In this document: positions 1 to 12,698 of the stretch, in pieces
Position numbering within the stretch: position 1 is the stretch's first letter
How the letters are laid out: each line of letters starts with the position of its first letter
Assembly (NCBI RefSeq): GCF_009914755.1
Contig: NC_060938.1
DNA: 64,000 nucleotides
Direction: 5' to 3' (one strand)
From: the human T2T-CHM13v2.0 reference genome, Homo sapiens
Program-made: the position numbers and the translations under genes
Notes under the pieces: generated by a model
What the model was told of the DNA's origin: nothing
Databases searched by the model: none
The model's input: only the letters and a program-made list of their open reading frames with translations

Positions 1-98
1 GTTGGCCAGGCTGGTCTTGAACTCCTGACCTTAGGTGATCCACTTGCTTCTGCCTCCCAAAGTGCTGGAATTACAGGTGTAAGCCACTGTGCCCAGCC
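1..98 (-). mobile_element. Alu (5' part; rest upstream of window)
   Basis: Reverse-complement Alu left arm ending ...gccactgtgcccagcc. Confidence 0.95.
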
Positions 99-129
99 TT
101 CATTGACTTTCTTATTGCAGATTCTGTGA

Positions 130-920
130 TCATTACTCAGTATGGATCATGTCTACTTTTTTCTTCACATTTGGAGATTTTGGTCTCTGTATTATTTGAG
201 GACTGCTTTTTTATATTTGCTTTAATCTCCTCCTCCCAGCCTGTCCTCTGTGACTCTAGCTGGATACCTGATGTCACCATCAGCTACCCTCTTCCACCCA
301 ATCAATAGTGATGTTTTCTTGGTTCTGCTTTCTAGATACTTCTCAAATCCACTTTCTTTATTTCTGTGGTTATTATCCTGGTTTGGAGCATATAGTTAAA
401 AAAATTTTTTTGAATTATATAGCTGCATTGTTGTACTCTTCCAAGCTTTTATCCACACAGCAGCCACAGTACTTTCTGCAGACTATAAAGATGACTTATC
501 TGTAAGCCCCTGCAGATGTCCCTCAGATGACACCGTGGAGTAGTGAAAGAGAGAGAGATGGAGGAAGCAGGAGGAAGTGAAGACATGTTCATTTTAATTT
601 AAATGGGTTGGAAGGCTTGAGTAGACAAGTTTTAATGGGCTCAAGGAGTCAGTAAAGGGGCAGAAATCCAAAGGAGGAAGGAAGTAACAGGCTGCTCAGG
701 TGAGGCAGGAGAAGATGGGGTCAAGGACAGCTTTTGAGGAGTTAGCTCTGCAAGGAATGAGAAAGAAAGCAATTCAAAGACAGGAGAGAAAAAGGTGAAA
801 GTGAATGAAGATATAGATTCATCGAAAAGTAGAAAGGGGGGAAATTGAGACAGTAATCCACTTTTTCTAGGCAAGGTCATGTGCTGAGAGTGAGGACAGA
901 AGGAGGGATGTTGGGTGGCT
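130..920. mobile_element. Degenerate L2 fragments
   Basis: Pyrimidine-rich then purine-rich L2-like tracts; by eye only. Confidence 0.4.
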
Positions 921-1091
921 TGCAAACATATACAGCTAATGCTCAATAGAACACTTAGCATATCCAAGTGAAACTTCATTTTTTCTTTAGCAATTTAAGA
1001 CAATTAAGAAGATGGTATAACCAGTAACAAGTATTTGTCTTTCTATATACAGATATACAGTGGGTAGTTAAGTATTAAATGGCATTTCTAT

Positions 1092-1225
1092 CTTTTTCAT
1101 TAATGAGACATTTGACTTTTTCATTTAATGAGACTTTTTCATTCATGAAACTTTTGACTATTTTGAACTTTTTCATTAATGAGAGTTTGAACATTTTCAT
1201 TAATGAGACTTTTGACTCTTTTGAA
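1092..1225. repeat. Degenerate minisatellite with palindromic core TCATTAATGA
   Basis: Five copies (1097, 1121, 1139, 1173, 1197), three of them perfect. Confidence 0.85.
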
Positions 1226-1745
1226 TAAATAAATGGTTGAGTTTTGGAGGTAGTTTATTTTTTTGGTGCCAATAAAACCCTATTAGGAGGACAGCAGGAC
1301 ACAATAAAAAATGGATTAAAATTATGTCAGATATTATCAGTGGAGATCTTTTACTACCTAGTAGCTTCCCAGTATTCCATTCAGAGAAATTATTAGGAAA
1401 TTGTCAATAAACTTGTTCATAAATTTAAGCCTGACTTAAGCTTGTGTATATAGCCTTTAGAATTCAGAAATTTTAGTTCCAAAAATCCATGTCCATAAGC
1501 CTGCTTAAGTACTGGCTTGTAGGATAGGCACCTGGGTGGGACTCATGAGGGTAAGACTTCTGAACTGGGTTCTCTTCTTGTAGTGTACTGACAAGACCTG
1601 TAACTTCACCAGGTCTGTTTGTCCCCAGATAAAGTAAGAGTAGAGGTGTGTGCTCTGTGCTCCTTTTAACATATAAGGCTGTAACGTTAAATCAATAGTG
1701 GAAAGAAACATTTCTTGCCCCCTCCCTGCTTTTTTATCATTATAG

Positions 1746-1880
1746 GAAGCTGTGGAAGTGCTTAAGAAGGCTTTGGATGCCATTTCTCATTCTGATAAAG
1801 GACCAGATGCCACAGCAATTTCAGCAGACTGTCTGTATAACTTGGGTCTTTGTTACATGGAGGAAGGCAATTTACAAATG
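1746..1880 (+). CDS. TTC6: TTC6 coding exon A (EAVEVLKKALDAISHSDKGPDATAISADCLYNLGLCYMEEGNLQM)
   Basis: tttttatcattatag|GAA acceptor, ATG|gtattt donor, 135 nt phase 0-0, TPR helix motif LYNLGLCY. Confidence 0.9.
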
Positions 1881-2481
1881 GTATTTCGTGTATTTAGGAG
1901 TATAGATTATTTGTGATTTTAGAGACTGGTTGCTTGTATGCAATTCTGTTTCTGAAGGCCACCTATACAGTGGGCAACCGGTCCAAAGCTGCTTATGAAG
2001 CTTGGCTTGTTATAGTCATTCTGCACCCTGCAACACCTAGGACATTGTTTTATTTAATCAACATGTTTTATTTGATGCTTGTTTGTCAACAATATTCTAA
2101 AGATTAATATGCGTTTCCCACCAGAACAATAAATCTAACTGCAGGAAATTATTACAGTAAAATAATTTTATCACAGTAGTATGAGTTCACTTATTAAATT
2201 TTAAGTATTTTAAGTGCTTTAACATAATGTAGAATAAATGGAAAAGATTAGGGCTTTCTGGCTTTTGTTATTGATCATTGAACAATTCAAATCAGATTGA
2301 AACTGGTTGTTAAGATGGCCAGATTTACTGAAAAACAGTTGATTCAATTATTACATATTTATCCAGTCTTTGGTGATTTTAGGCAATTCTTTACTTCAGA
2401 CTTGTCACTGATATGACAAATATGTAAAATAATTGATACTATCCAATGGCTAATGTTGGATATTCTACAACTCTATCTCAA

Positions 2482-2482
<1 letters not shown>

Positions 2483-2535
<53 letters not shown>
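2483..2535. repeat. (CA)n microsatellite
   Basis: Direct inspection; one interruption. Confidence 0.98.
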
Positions 2536-2630
2536 TCATTCTAATTCTTACGTTCGTGGGGTGGACATTGTTTTAAACTGGTATTGGTATAAATGAAAAA
2601 AGAGGTGCACTTGATTAGTTGTTCTATTAA

Positions 2631-3069
<439 letters not shown>

Positions 3070-3430
3070 TGTTCTGAAGTTTTATAATGATGCATTTGCT
3101 GGATCCTAATGAAAAATAAATGTGCTGGTTGTGATTTCTTTGAAGCAATGAAATCTGAAGAATAATTAAAATTATACCACCTGAAATATTGTAATCTAAC
3201 AATATGGATTATGTAGACCTAGTCTGCCTTTAATTATAATAATCAACCCTACTTGTTTCTAAATATTAGTTTTGTTTGTTCCATGAGGTCCATTAGGAGA
3301 AATGTATTTAAAATAATCCAAAAATAGAGTGAAACTTTTCAACAATAATTATATACTGTAATTCGTTAACATTTTAAAACAATATATTATATCACTAAAT
3401 GGTTTGCATTTTGACAATATGCTCCTGTAG

Positions 3431-3580
3431 GCTTTTGATTCTTTTACAAAAGCTGTGAAAGCAAATCCAGATTTTGCAGAAAGCTTTTATCAGCGAGGGC
3501 TTTGTAAAGTGAAACTCCACAAGGATAGCTCGATTCTGGATTTTAATCGTGCAATTACCCTCAATCCAAAACATTACCAG
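3431..3580 (+). CDS. TTC6: TTC6 coding exon B (AFDSFTKAVKANPDFAESFYQRGLCKVKLHKDSSILDFNRAITLNPKHYQ)
   Basis: cctgtag|GCT, CAG|gtattt, 150 nt phase 0-0; overlaps ORF 3455..3775. Confidence 0.9.
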
Positions 3581-4039
3581 GTATTTAAACAGATGTTTTT
3601 AGTGAGTTGGAAAGTGTTAAGTTTGGTAAAACTATTAAATCTTTTATGTGCCATTGTTATTAATTACCAACAATCAGTTTCTTATACCTACTTTTCACTT
3701 AACTTTATTTTCATAATCCAAATAGCTGTATTTCTTCTTAAACTAAAAGTATTATTTCCATCAGTGATATTCTGATATATATAAACGTATCTGTGAATGT
3801 GATATATGTAAATATTAATGTGGCTATTAATAATTTAAAGTTTATATACTCATTAATTTTACTTACTTTTTGTTTTGATGTTACATAGATTCCTGCCTTT
3901 TAATAGACTATACAGGCAACACAAAATTCAGTAGGTGAAGCTTGATTGCATCTTGATTTTAGGAATCTGTGAAATTTGAATCTGGTCTAAGTGTTAAATT
4001 ATTTTAGGAAATTTCTATAAGTTATCTTGGATATATAAT

Positions 4040-4260
4040 GGCAGTGTGGTTATGTACGAGAATGTCTTTTTTTCACAGGAGATGCATACTGGAGGACTTG
4101 GGGTAAAGTATTACCATATCTACAACTTGTTTTCCAATAGTGCAGAAAAAAATAGATAAATATGGCAAAATGTTAATAATTATTAACTCCAGGTGATAGG
4201 TATTTATCATTCTTTCAATTATTCTGTGTCCTTTGAAATTTTTTTCTAATAAAAGAAAAA
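4040..4260 (+). mobile_element. Old L1M 3' end fragment
   Basis: L1ME/L1MC-like 3' UTR motifs (atggcaaaatgttaataatt...ttgaaattttttctaataaaa). Confidence 0.5.
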
Positions 4261-4389
4261 TTTTAAAAAGACTATATTTTAATACCCTTTTTGGGAGGCA
4301 TAGATTTGTTCCAAGTAGCATATATTTTGGTAGAATTGGTGCTTTTACTAAAGCATCCATTCCTGCTTTCTCTCTCTCTCTCTGAATAG

Positions 4390-4530
4390 GCATATTTAAG
4401 CCGAGTAGCATTCTATGGTTTAAAAGGCAGGTATTCCAAAGCAATCTTGAATTGTAACAAGGCTATTAAAATTTACCCTGAAAGCGTACGTGCCTATCTC
4501 TACAGAGGAGTTCTGAAATACTACAACAAG
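4390..4530 (+). CDS. TTC6: TTC6 coding exon C (AYLSRVAFYGLKGRYSKAILNCNKAIKIYPESVRAYLYRGVLKYYNK)
   Basis: (tc)n-tgaatag|GCA, AAG|gtaggg, 141 nt phase 0-0; TPR motif. Confidence 0.9.
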
Positions 4531-5802
4531 GTAGGGCCATTTCCTGCCTGGTTTACCGAAATTTTAGGGTGGGCAGATTCTCTTATGCTAGGCAGGGGAC
4601 TCACTTACTTTTTTTCTATGTGGTTGGGAATCACTATGATATGAAGGGCAGAACTACATAGAAAACTTTACACTTTCCCAATTCATATTTTTTTCACAAA
4701 ATAATGGTATTTATTTTTGACATTTACATTTTAAATAACATTTATTATTTATTTTTATTAAGAATGTAGCATATATTCATTGTAGACAGTTTGGAAAAAT
4801 ATGGAAGGGAATAAAGGATTATTATCTCACCATCAATGATAATTCCTGGGTGCATTTAGCATATTTGTATTCAGTCTTTTATTTTCCTCATAATATATGA
4901 TATATATTTTCCAAAATTTGGACTATGGTATTTATATAACTTGTGTGGTGCCCTGCTTTTTACACTTAATCTTTGAAGATAATATTTTGCTGACTGCATA
5001 ATATTCCATGACAATTTATTTTAAATTACTTTATTGTTGAACTTTTTGATTGTTTTTAAAATTTTTACTATTATACTATTTAATATAGTTATATACAACT
5101 GAGAACAAAATTGCTGCTTGGGTTTATGATTGGTTCTTAAACAGAAGTTACTGGGTTAAAAGGTGTGACTGGCACCATTGATATGTGATACTGCACTGAA
5201 TACTTTATTTCTCTCTACTTTTCTTTTCTGATCTTTCTTTGTAGCTATTTTATATGAAATATTTTGCAAATAATACCTTAAAGCAAAGGTAAGACCTTGC
5301 ATTATGTGTTAATTCTATGAAAATTACTATCTATAGAAATGGGTGATATAAGGTATCAGAGAAGAATCAAAGAGGAAGCAAAAGAGAACGTGGGTAGAAA
5401 ACATGACGATTATGTGATATGGTAGTCAGAGTGACAGAAGCAAGCAAGCACTGGTGAATGTTTGCTGCATTAATATGGGTGGCTTTATTTTATTTTACCT
5501 AGAAGTATGATTTTCTCCTTGCCATATACCAACATTGGTAATAAGATATTTGCCTAAATTAAAGTTGTTGATATATTTAATTTTGTTTGCAGGTAAGAGA
5601 AACTATAATGATAATTTCTACCAGGAGATTTTCTTAATTAACTCTGTGAAAGATTAGCTTCAATGTCTTAATTTCACAGATGATACAAAGAATGGTTAAA
5701 TGAGTGTTTCAAAAACTCTGATAGAAACAAGAATTTATTTTATGATTAAATTTCAGTCCATTATGATTTTCCTTTCTCACATAATTACTTTTTTCTTTTT
5801 AG

Positions 5803-5916
5803 ACTTATAAGCTAGCAATTACAGATTTAACTACAGCTATCAGCATGGACAAAAATAGTTATACAGCATTTTATAACAGAGCATTATGTTACACCAAGAT
5901 AAGGGAACTTCAAATG
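5803..5916 (+). CDS. TTC6: TTC6 coding exon D (TYKLAITDLTTAISMDKNSYTAFYNRALCYTKIRELQM)
   Basis: ttttttctttttag|ACT, ATG|gtaaga, 114 nt phase 0-0. Confidence 0.92.
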
Positions 5917-6216
5917 GTAAGATGACCATTTTAGTAAACAATGTGTTTAAAGTGTTTAATAAATAACATGCATTTAATAGCTTGTGGATTTCAATCAATA
6001 AATATTTAATAAACAATATGTTAAAGCATTTGTAAACTCATTTAAGGCATTTATAAAGTATTTTCTTATTACTTCTGCTACAATTTTCAAAAGGAATTCC
6101 TAGGAAATACACACATATAAAACTTAAGAAACCAAAGAACCATTTCAAAGAATATTTAATTTCTTTGTTGGTGCTCACCAAATTTTCTTATATAATTTCT
6201 GAAAGAAGTCAAATGA

Positions 6217-6583
<367 letters not shown>

Positions 6584-7509
6584 CAGAATTTTTAAAGCAG
6601 TAGCAATCACTAGCAATATTGTGGTTTCAAAATTTTAATATTAGCTAGAGCAGTTTGTGTAGGCATTCTTTTGTTTGGTCCTCAGACCACACATGTAGCA
6701 GGGAGGATGGAGTGATGGTTTTCAGCTCCAGGGACCAGTGACCAGGTTTGGCCTATATTTTGAAGGCCTGTGGGCTGCAGCAAACCTTTTTTTCCATTTG
6801 TCTTGATCCAGCATCTACCTGTGCAAACTCTTGTTTATATTTTGTAATCTTACCTACTCTCTTCTCTCCTGTCGGTTTGGTCCCTTTTCAATGAGGATTC
6901 CTCACTGGGGAGCAGCTAGTCTTGCGGTCTTTCAGTGTAGTGTCCCATCCTCTTTCTCTGTTACTTGTCTCACTCTCCTTATTCCTGCCCATGTCCATAG
7001 TAAATGACGCATTCTTTTAAAAGGCTAGGTCACATTCCCGCTGTTCTGTGTTCACACACTCTCCATTCTGTGAAACGTGGACAGTGAAATCTGTTTAAAA
7101 CATTTAGTAATTTAGAAATGTACAAGCTTTAGAAGGGAAGTTGAGAAACATTGTCTCTACCTGAGAGGATGTAAAATTCCTGGTAACCAGATTATCAGGT
7201 TTCCTCCAGAAATGTTGATAAATGAATAGCTAATTTTTAACAAGGGGATTGTTAAGATGCTAGGAGCTGATTGAAAGATCATTTATTAGAGTGACCTACA
7301 CAACAGGGGCCTTTGAGGATTCCCTCCCCAACCCCATTCCTGCCGGAAAGGTAACCCTGAATAGGAAAACAATGGGCTGGGCGAGGAGGGAACACCCATT
7401 GTATTGTTATCTCAGATATGCGAAAGAGCCAGTGCCCTGTTAATTAAGAAAATGCAAAACTACCTAAATCAAGTAAAACTGAATTACGATAATAAAATAT
7501 TGGTGATTT

Positions 7510-8160
7510 CAGAGCTGCCAGGACTCTGAAGCATTTCATCCAATCTGCTCACTTTACAGATGAGGAAATGGAAGTAGGGAGAGGTTTGAAAACCCATCCA
7601 AGTCACACAGAGAGAGTTAGTGACCTGTACTGGTGTCCACACATTTGTTTGCTTCTGGGTTAACAGTGTTTAGGTGGCTTTGTAAAACTGTCTGACCTCC
7701 AGCATGTGGACTGGATGTCATTAAGCAGTGTGTCCTCCTCCCTTGCTATCTCCCTCCACCTGTTTCTCAGCATTCCTGCCATCCCTAGCCTGAGAAAAAC
7801 CAAGTAACTTTCTGCAGAAAATGCACTTAGGCATTCTCCCAAGATATAGTTTCATAAAAACTAAGGGAAGATCAATTCTGGTTCTAACACTTTATATTAA
7901 TAAAAATACTGAACAGTTACCACTTATTTAGGGCTTATTGTGTGACAGGAACTGAGCTAAATGCTTCACTGACATACAATCAAAATATTTTTAAGCAGAT
8001 CCTTACAACAATATGATGAATTTTTAACACCCCAATTTTGCAGATGAGGAAGCTAAGGCTTAGTGTTAAGTGATTTTCTCCAAATCAAGGGGCTAGTAAT
8101 GATAACAGAGGCATGGCACAAATCCAGGAGAGGCCAAGGCCCTGACCCCTCCTCTTAATC
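7510..8160 (-). mobile_element. MIR fragments (about 7510-7630 and 7915-8160)
   Basis: MIR core tttacagatgaggaaa / tttgcagatgaggaagctaaggct. Confidence 0.6.
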
Positions 8161-9379
8161 AAAACCTGTGTGCTCCCATCCCTACCCCTTACCCTCGTTG
8201 ACCTTTACGAAATCTTATTTCCCAGTTTTTATTTCCTCCTGTATTGCAGATTCAGCTGCTTAGTGGATCTCGAAGGCATCATACTGGTTTCACATAATGT
8301 GACTTAGTAAAAGAAAAATGTTAGACAATTTGTGGCTAATATTCTAGGTTTGGTTTTTTCTTTTTTGACAAATACTACTGATTTTTTTTATAGTCCTGGC
8401 AATTTTTATTTTTAATTATGCCACAACATACCTATAGGATCTTTAACTGCACATTTTTTAAAGACACTTGAGCACGCAACATTAGGAAACACCAGAGGAG
8501 GGCAAATGAGCAAATATAAAATGCTCTTTGTCATTTTCAGTTGGCAGATGCTACAGGCATAATAAGATTTAGCCCTTTTCTGATCAGACCATATGGCTCT
8601 TTTGGACAGAATGTTCAGTAGGAAAATGATTTAAGAGATTCAGCTCCAACCCAAGTTTAGGATGCTTCTAGTACCTGGTACAGAGTAGAAACCAGTAAAA
8701 TCTTGTTTAGTCAGTGAATGTAAAAAAAACCAAAAAGGTAAAAGTAATGGAGAAGGGTCTGAGTTGATTCTCAGATTACACTATGTGTCTTTTAAAAAAT
8801 GAATATATTTATCAAAATATTTTGAGATAGCTTTCCTACAAGTGCTTATTTGTTAGTTTTAAGATCTATTTTCATTGATTCATGATTTTTTCATTGGATA
8901 CAAATTTATTGAATGCATGCTATGTGCAGGCTTGATTCTTGTTACTGGGCTTAAAACAGTGAACAAAATGGATAAGCTCTGGCCTCACAGAGCTTAGGAA
9001 AACAATACAACACTAAAAAGAAATTACATTTTTAATGGTAATCACAGCAACAGTCATTTGATGAAACTACCCAGTCGAGGCAGAATGCTAAGTCCCTCCC
9101 TTCCAGCCCGTACACCAGTGAAAATGTATAGGGTGACTTGTAGGTAAAACATGAAATGCAAGCACAGTGTGCACTGCTTATTGGAAAGTATCAAGGTCCA
9201 TCATACATTTTACCTAAGGGTACCCTTTAAATCTAACATATGATTATTTTGGCCATAAATTATAAAACAAATTGAAGAACTAACCATTGGGTCCTAGTTT
9301 GGACATAAATACGTTTGTCCATAGCCAATGAATTCAGGCTCTAAAAAGTTGAATCTATGTTACAAATGATTATTTTTAG

Positions 9380-9499
9380 GCATTAACAGATTATGGAATT
9401 GTGCTGCTTCTTGATGCTACAGAAACTGTAAAACTAAATACCTTCCTTAATCGTGGACTCATCTACGTAGAACTAGGCCAGTATGGCTTTGCACTAGAG
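9380..9499 (+). CDS. TTC6: TTC6 coding exon E (ALTDYGIVLLLDATETVKLNTFLNRGLIYVELGQYGFALE)
   Basis: ttatttttag|GCA, GAG|gtaagc, 120 nt phase 0-0; FLNRGLIY TPR motif. Confidence 0.9.
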
Positions 9500-10589
9500 G
9501 TAAGCCTTCCTGTTGTGTAACCCACTTGATTTTGCACATTGACTTCTGAGAACTAGTGAACAAGATTTTATTATTATCAACTGGCAATATTAATGAGTGG
9601 TAGCTCAACTTTAGCAAGAATTCTATTAAAATACTTGAAATGACTAATAGGCTCTTTGAAAAAATGTATATTTTTGCTTTGTTTGGATTACAGATAAACA
9701 GCCAATACATTTTTAAACATTTCTAATTTGATCAAGACCATCACTTCTCTTAAGGGAGTACAGACAAAACTCAAGTTACTTAGTAAATAAAATGATTCCT
9801 GTAATGTGTACTCTGCTGTTTAGTGGTAACTTTCTCAAAATTTTCCTCTTTTCCCTTTGCAAATATAGCAAAATAAATCTGTTTCAAACAGGGCAGGAAA
9901 TAGTTACTCAGAATGGGTTACTGGTAACAGGCTTTAAAGTGAGTGGTGACAGGCATTTAGAATCATACTAGAAAAAAGTATAGGCAAGGTTTTCAAAAGA
10001 AACGGGTAGTTTAAAATGTATTTCATTAAAGAATAATTAAATAAAATTCATCATTCTCATTTTTAACTTTTTATTTTTATTGTCTTTTTGTAACTCTTGG
10101 ATTAAGAAACAGAAGGTAAAAATTAAATAGCAATTAGAGATATATAGTTAAATAATAACAGTTTTGCTTCTTTGTTTCTGAGGAACTGCAACGTAACATT
10201 ATGGAGTGGAGTGCATCCTGTTCTTTTCACCTCCCAAGATGATTATTTTTCTATTTCTGGAGTCATTTTTTTGAGATTCTGTCCAAATAATCATTTACCT
10301 TTGAGGAAGTTTACACTATGAATAAATGTAATCCCAATGTTTGAATACCTTTAAGCTTTTTGATATATTAAAAATATTTTTGAGCTGTATCACTAGGTAT
10401 AACCTCAGGTAGATGGAAGTAAAGAACCTCCCTGTTTGTAGTAGGCAAGAAAACGATGGGCAACAGTGTTGAGGTGGAGAGAGTGAGATAGTGGAGGTGG
10501 GGAACAAGGGACTGCAGCTGTTAGAGAATTAAATGCAAAGCCCATGTTATTCTCTGAATAAAGATTTATTTAGTACTAAGCAACCACTA

Positions 10590-11457
10590 AACAACTATTG
10601 CACAGTTGCTACACACCGGGTCCTCAACAATGCTGCCGAATTTATAATTGTAACTTACAGAGGAAGAAACTGGTATTCAAAAGAGGTTAAATAAGGTCTT
10701 TCCACAGTAAGTACTGGGGTAAGATCTGAACTCAGAACTCACTCGATTCCAAATTCTGTCTTCTTTCAGGCAAAGCGCTGGCGTTAATATATGGAGATAA
10801 ATGAGACAGAGTTCCAGTCTTTGAGGAGCTGATGGTCTAGGGAGAGTCATTCTTGTCCCCTCTTTCCTCACACCCCACATCTGACCCATTAGCAAGTCCA
10901 GTCAGCTCTACCACTAAAGCATATTTTGAATTAAATCATTTCTCATAATTGCCACTGCTATCTTCCTTTCAACCAGTAAGTACTGGGGCAAGAGCAGAGC
11001 TCAGGTTTCAGAACTGAATCATCTCTCTCCTGGACTACTGTAGTAGCTTTCCAACTGGCTTAAGGTTCCACTCTTGCCCCTCTACATGCTATTCTCTAAA
11101 CAGATGCTAGAGAAATCTCTTAAAAATATAAACTAGATCAAGTTATTCCTTTGCTCAAAACCCTCTGATGGCTTCCCATCACACTTAGAATAAAATCTGA
11201 ACTCTTGACTGTGGCTGAGCAAGACCTTACTTGATATGACTGCTGCTCACCTCTGATCTCATTGTCAAACATTCTCTTCTCTCCACTAGTCATGCCACCC
11301 TGGCCTTTTCTTATTCCTTGGAAATGCTGGGCTCCCTTGCTGCCCCAGGACCTTTACACAAGCGAGTCCCTATGCGTACAGCACTCTTCCTCCTGATCTG
11401 TGTATGATTCATGCCCTTGTTTCATTTAGGTTTCTGCTGAAATGTGACCTCCTCAGT
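10590..11457. mobile_element. MIR (about 10590-10770) followed by L2 (+, about 10850-11457)
   Basis: MIR core ttacagaggaagaaactgg; L2 motifs acacttagaataaaatc and aaatgtgacctcctcag. Confidence 0.65.
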
Positions 11458-11459
11458 CA

Positions 11460-11810
11460 AAAAGGTAGAAAATAAACTAAAATGGAATATAAAAAAATAT
11501 TAAAAGAATCCCAAATAAGTCTAGGAAGGGGAAGCAGAGAAACAGAAATGGAGGAAACCAGCAGAAAAGAAATGATAATATAGAAGACCAAAATCCAGCC
11601 ACACCAGTAGTTATATTAAATGGAAATAGTCAAAATACAACAATGAAAATCATGATAATGTCCGATTGGAATTTTATAAAAGTGCCAACTATATTTTGGC
11701 AACCAAAAACACATTTTAAATATAGTGATATAGATAGGTAACAACAAAAAGCTGGAAAAGATATACCACAGAAACAAATTGAAAGCAAAAAATTCAATTT
11801 TTCTCTATGT
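11460..11810 (+). mobile_element. Old L1M fragment (inter-ORF / ORF2 endonuclease start)
   Basis: A-rich degenerate match to the L1 ORF2 5' region (gctggaaaagatatacca). Confidence 0.55.
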
Positions 11811-12339
11811 GAAGTTAAAAAATTAAAACAACTAAAAAAAGATGTGGGCAGGGGAAGAAGCAATGAAATATATAAGACTGAGTAATTAGAGGTCTGCATG
11901 AAAAACCAAGAGAAAGCAGAATCTTTAAAAACAGTTTTAGTGGGAAAGATTGATTAACAGAGAAGCTGACTAGCTTGAGTGCTGAAAACATTAGTTAGTT
12001 GAGAGCTGTATGCCCTTCATAGGGACACTTTGTTCAGGAAGCATTTTGACTGGGCTTGTTTGTGAAGTTAATGGCTAAGTTAACCAGAAGTTAATGGGTT
12101 AAGAACATTTGTTTTCCTCTTTTCCCTCTTGAAAACCTACCAAGATAATAGTAAAGGAATAAAAAAAGATATAATGCTGCAAGTTTACAGATAGTAGAGA
12201 AGAGATGTTCAGGCACCTCAAACTGCCATTCTCGATCTAAATGCCTCAAACTTAAATATAAATGGGTAGCCAAGGATCAGAGCTTAAGGGAAATGAAATA
12301 GAGACTAAAACAAACAAACAAGTAATCATAAGTGTATAG

Positions 12340-12698
12340 CAGTGGTCCCCAGCCTTTTTGGTACCAGGGACCAGTTTCATGGAAGATAATTTTTTCAGGG
12401 GATTCAGGCGTCAGGGTGGCGGGGTGATGGTTTCGGAATGAAACTGTTCCACCTCCGATCATGGGGCATTGGATTCTCATAAGGGGCACATAACCTAGAT
12501 CCTCACATGCACAGTTCACAATAGGGTTTGCACTCCTATGAGAATCCAGTGCTGCTGCTGATCTGACAGGAGGCACAGCTCAGGCAGTAATGCTTACCTG
12601 TGGCTCACCTCCTGCTGTGATTGAGATGTAAGACTGAGATGGAGATTGAGATTGAGATGTAGATCTACATCTCATATACCAGGGGTCCCCAACCCCTG
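12340..12698 (+). mobile_element. MER1-type hAT-Charlie DNA transposon with rearranged right end
   Basis: Starts cagtggtccccagcctttttggtaccagggacc; 8-bp TSD GTGTATAG (12332-12339) / GTATATAG (12699-12706). Confidence 0.85.

Noticed and set aside
1092-1225. CRISPR-like palindromic repeat array
   Set aside because: Linkers are short, irregular and related to each other; eukaryotic intron; no cas genes
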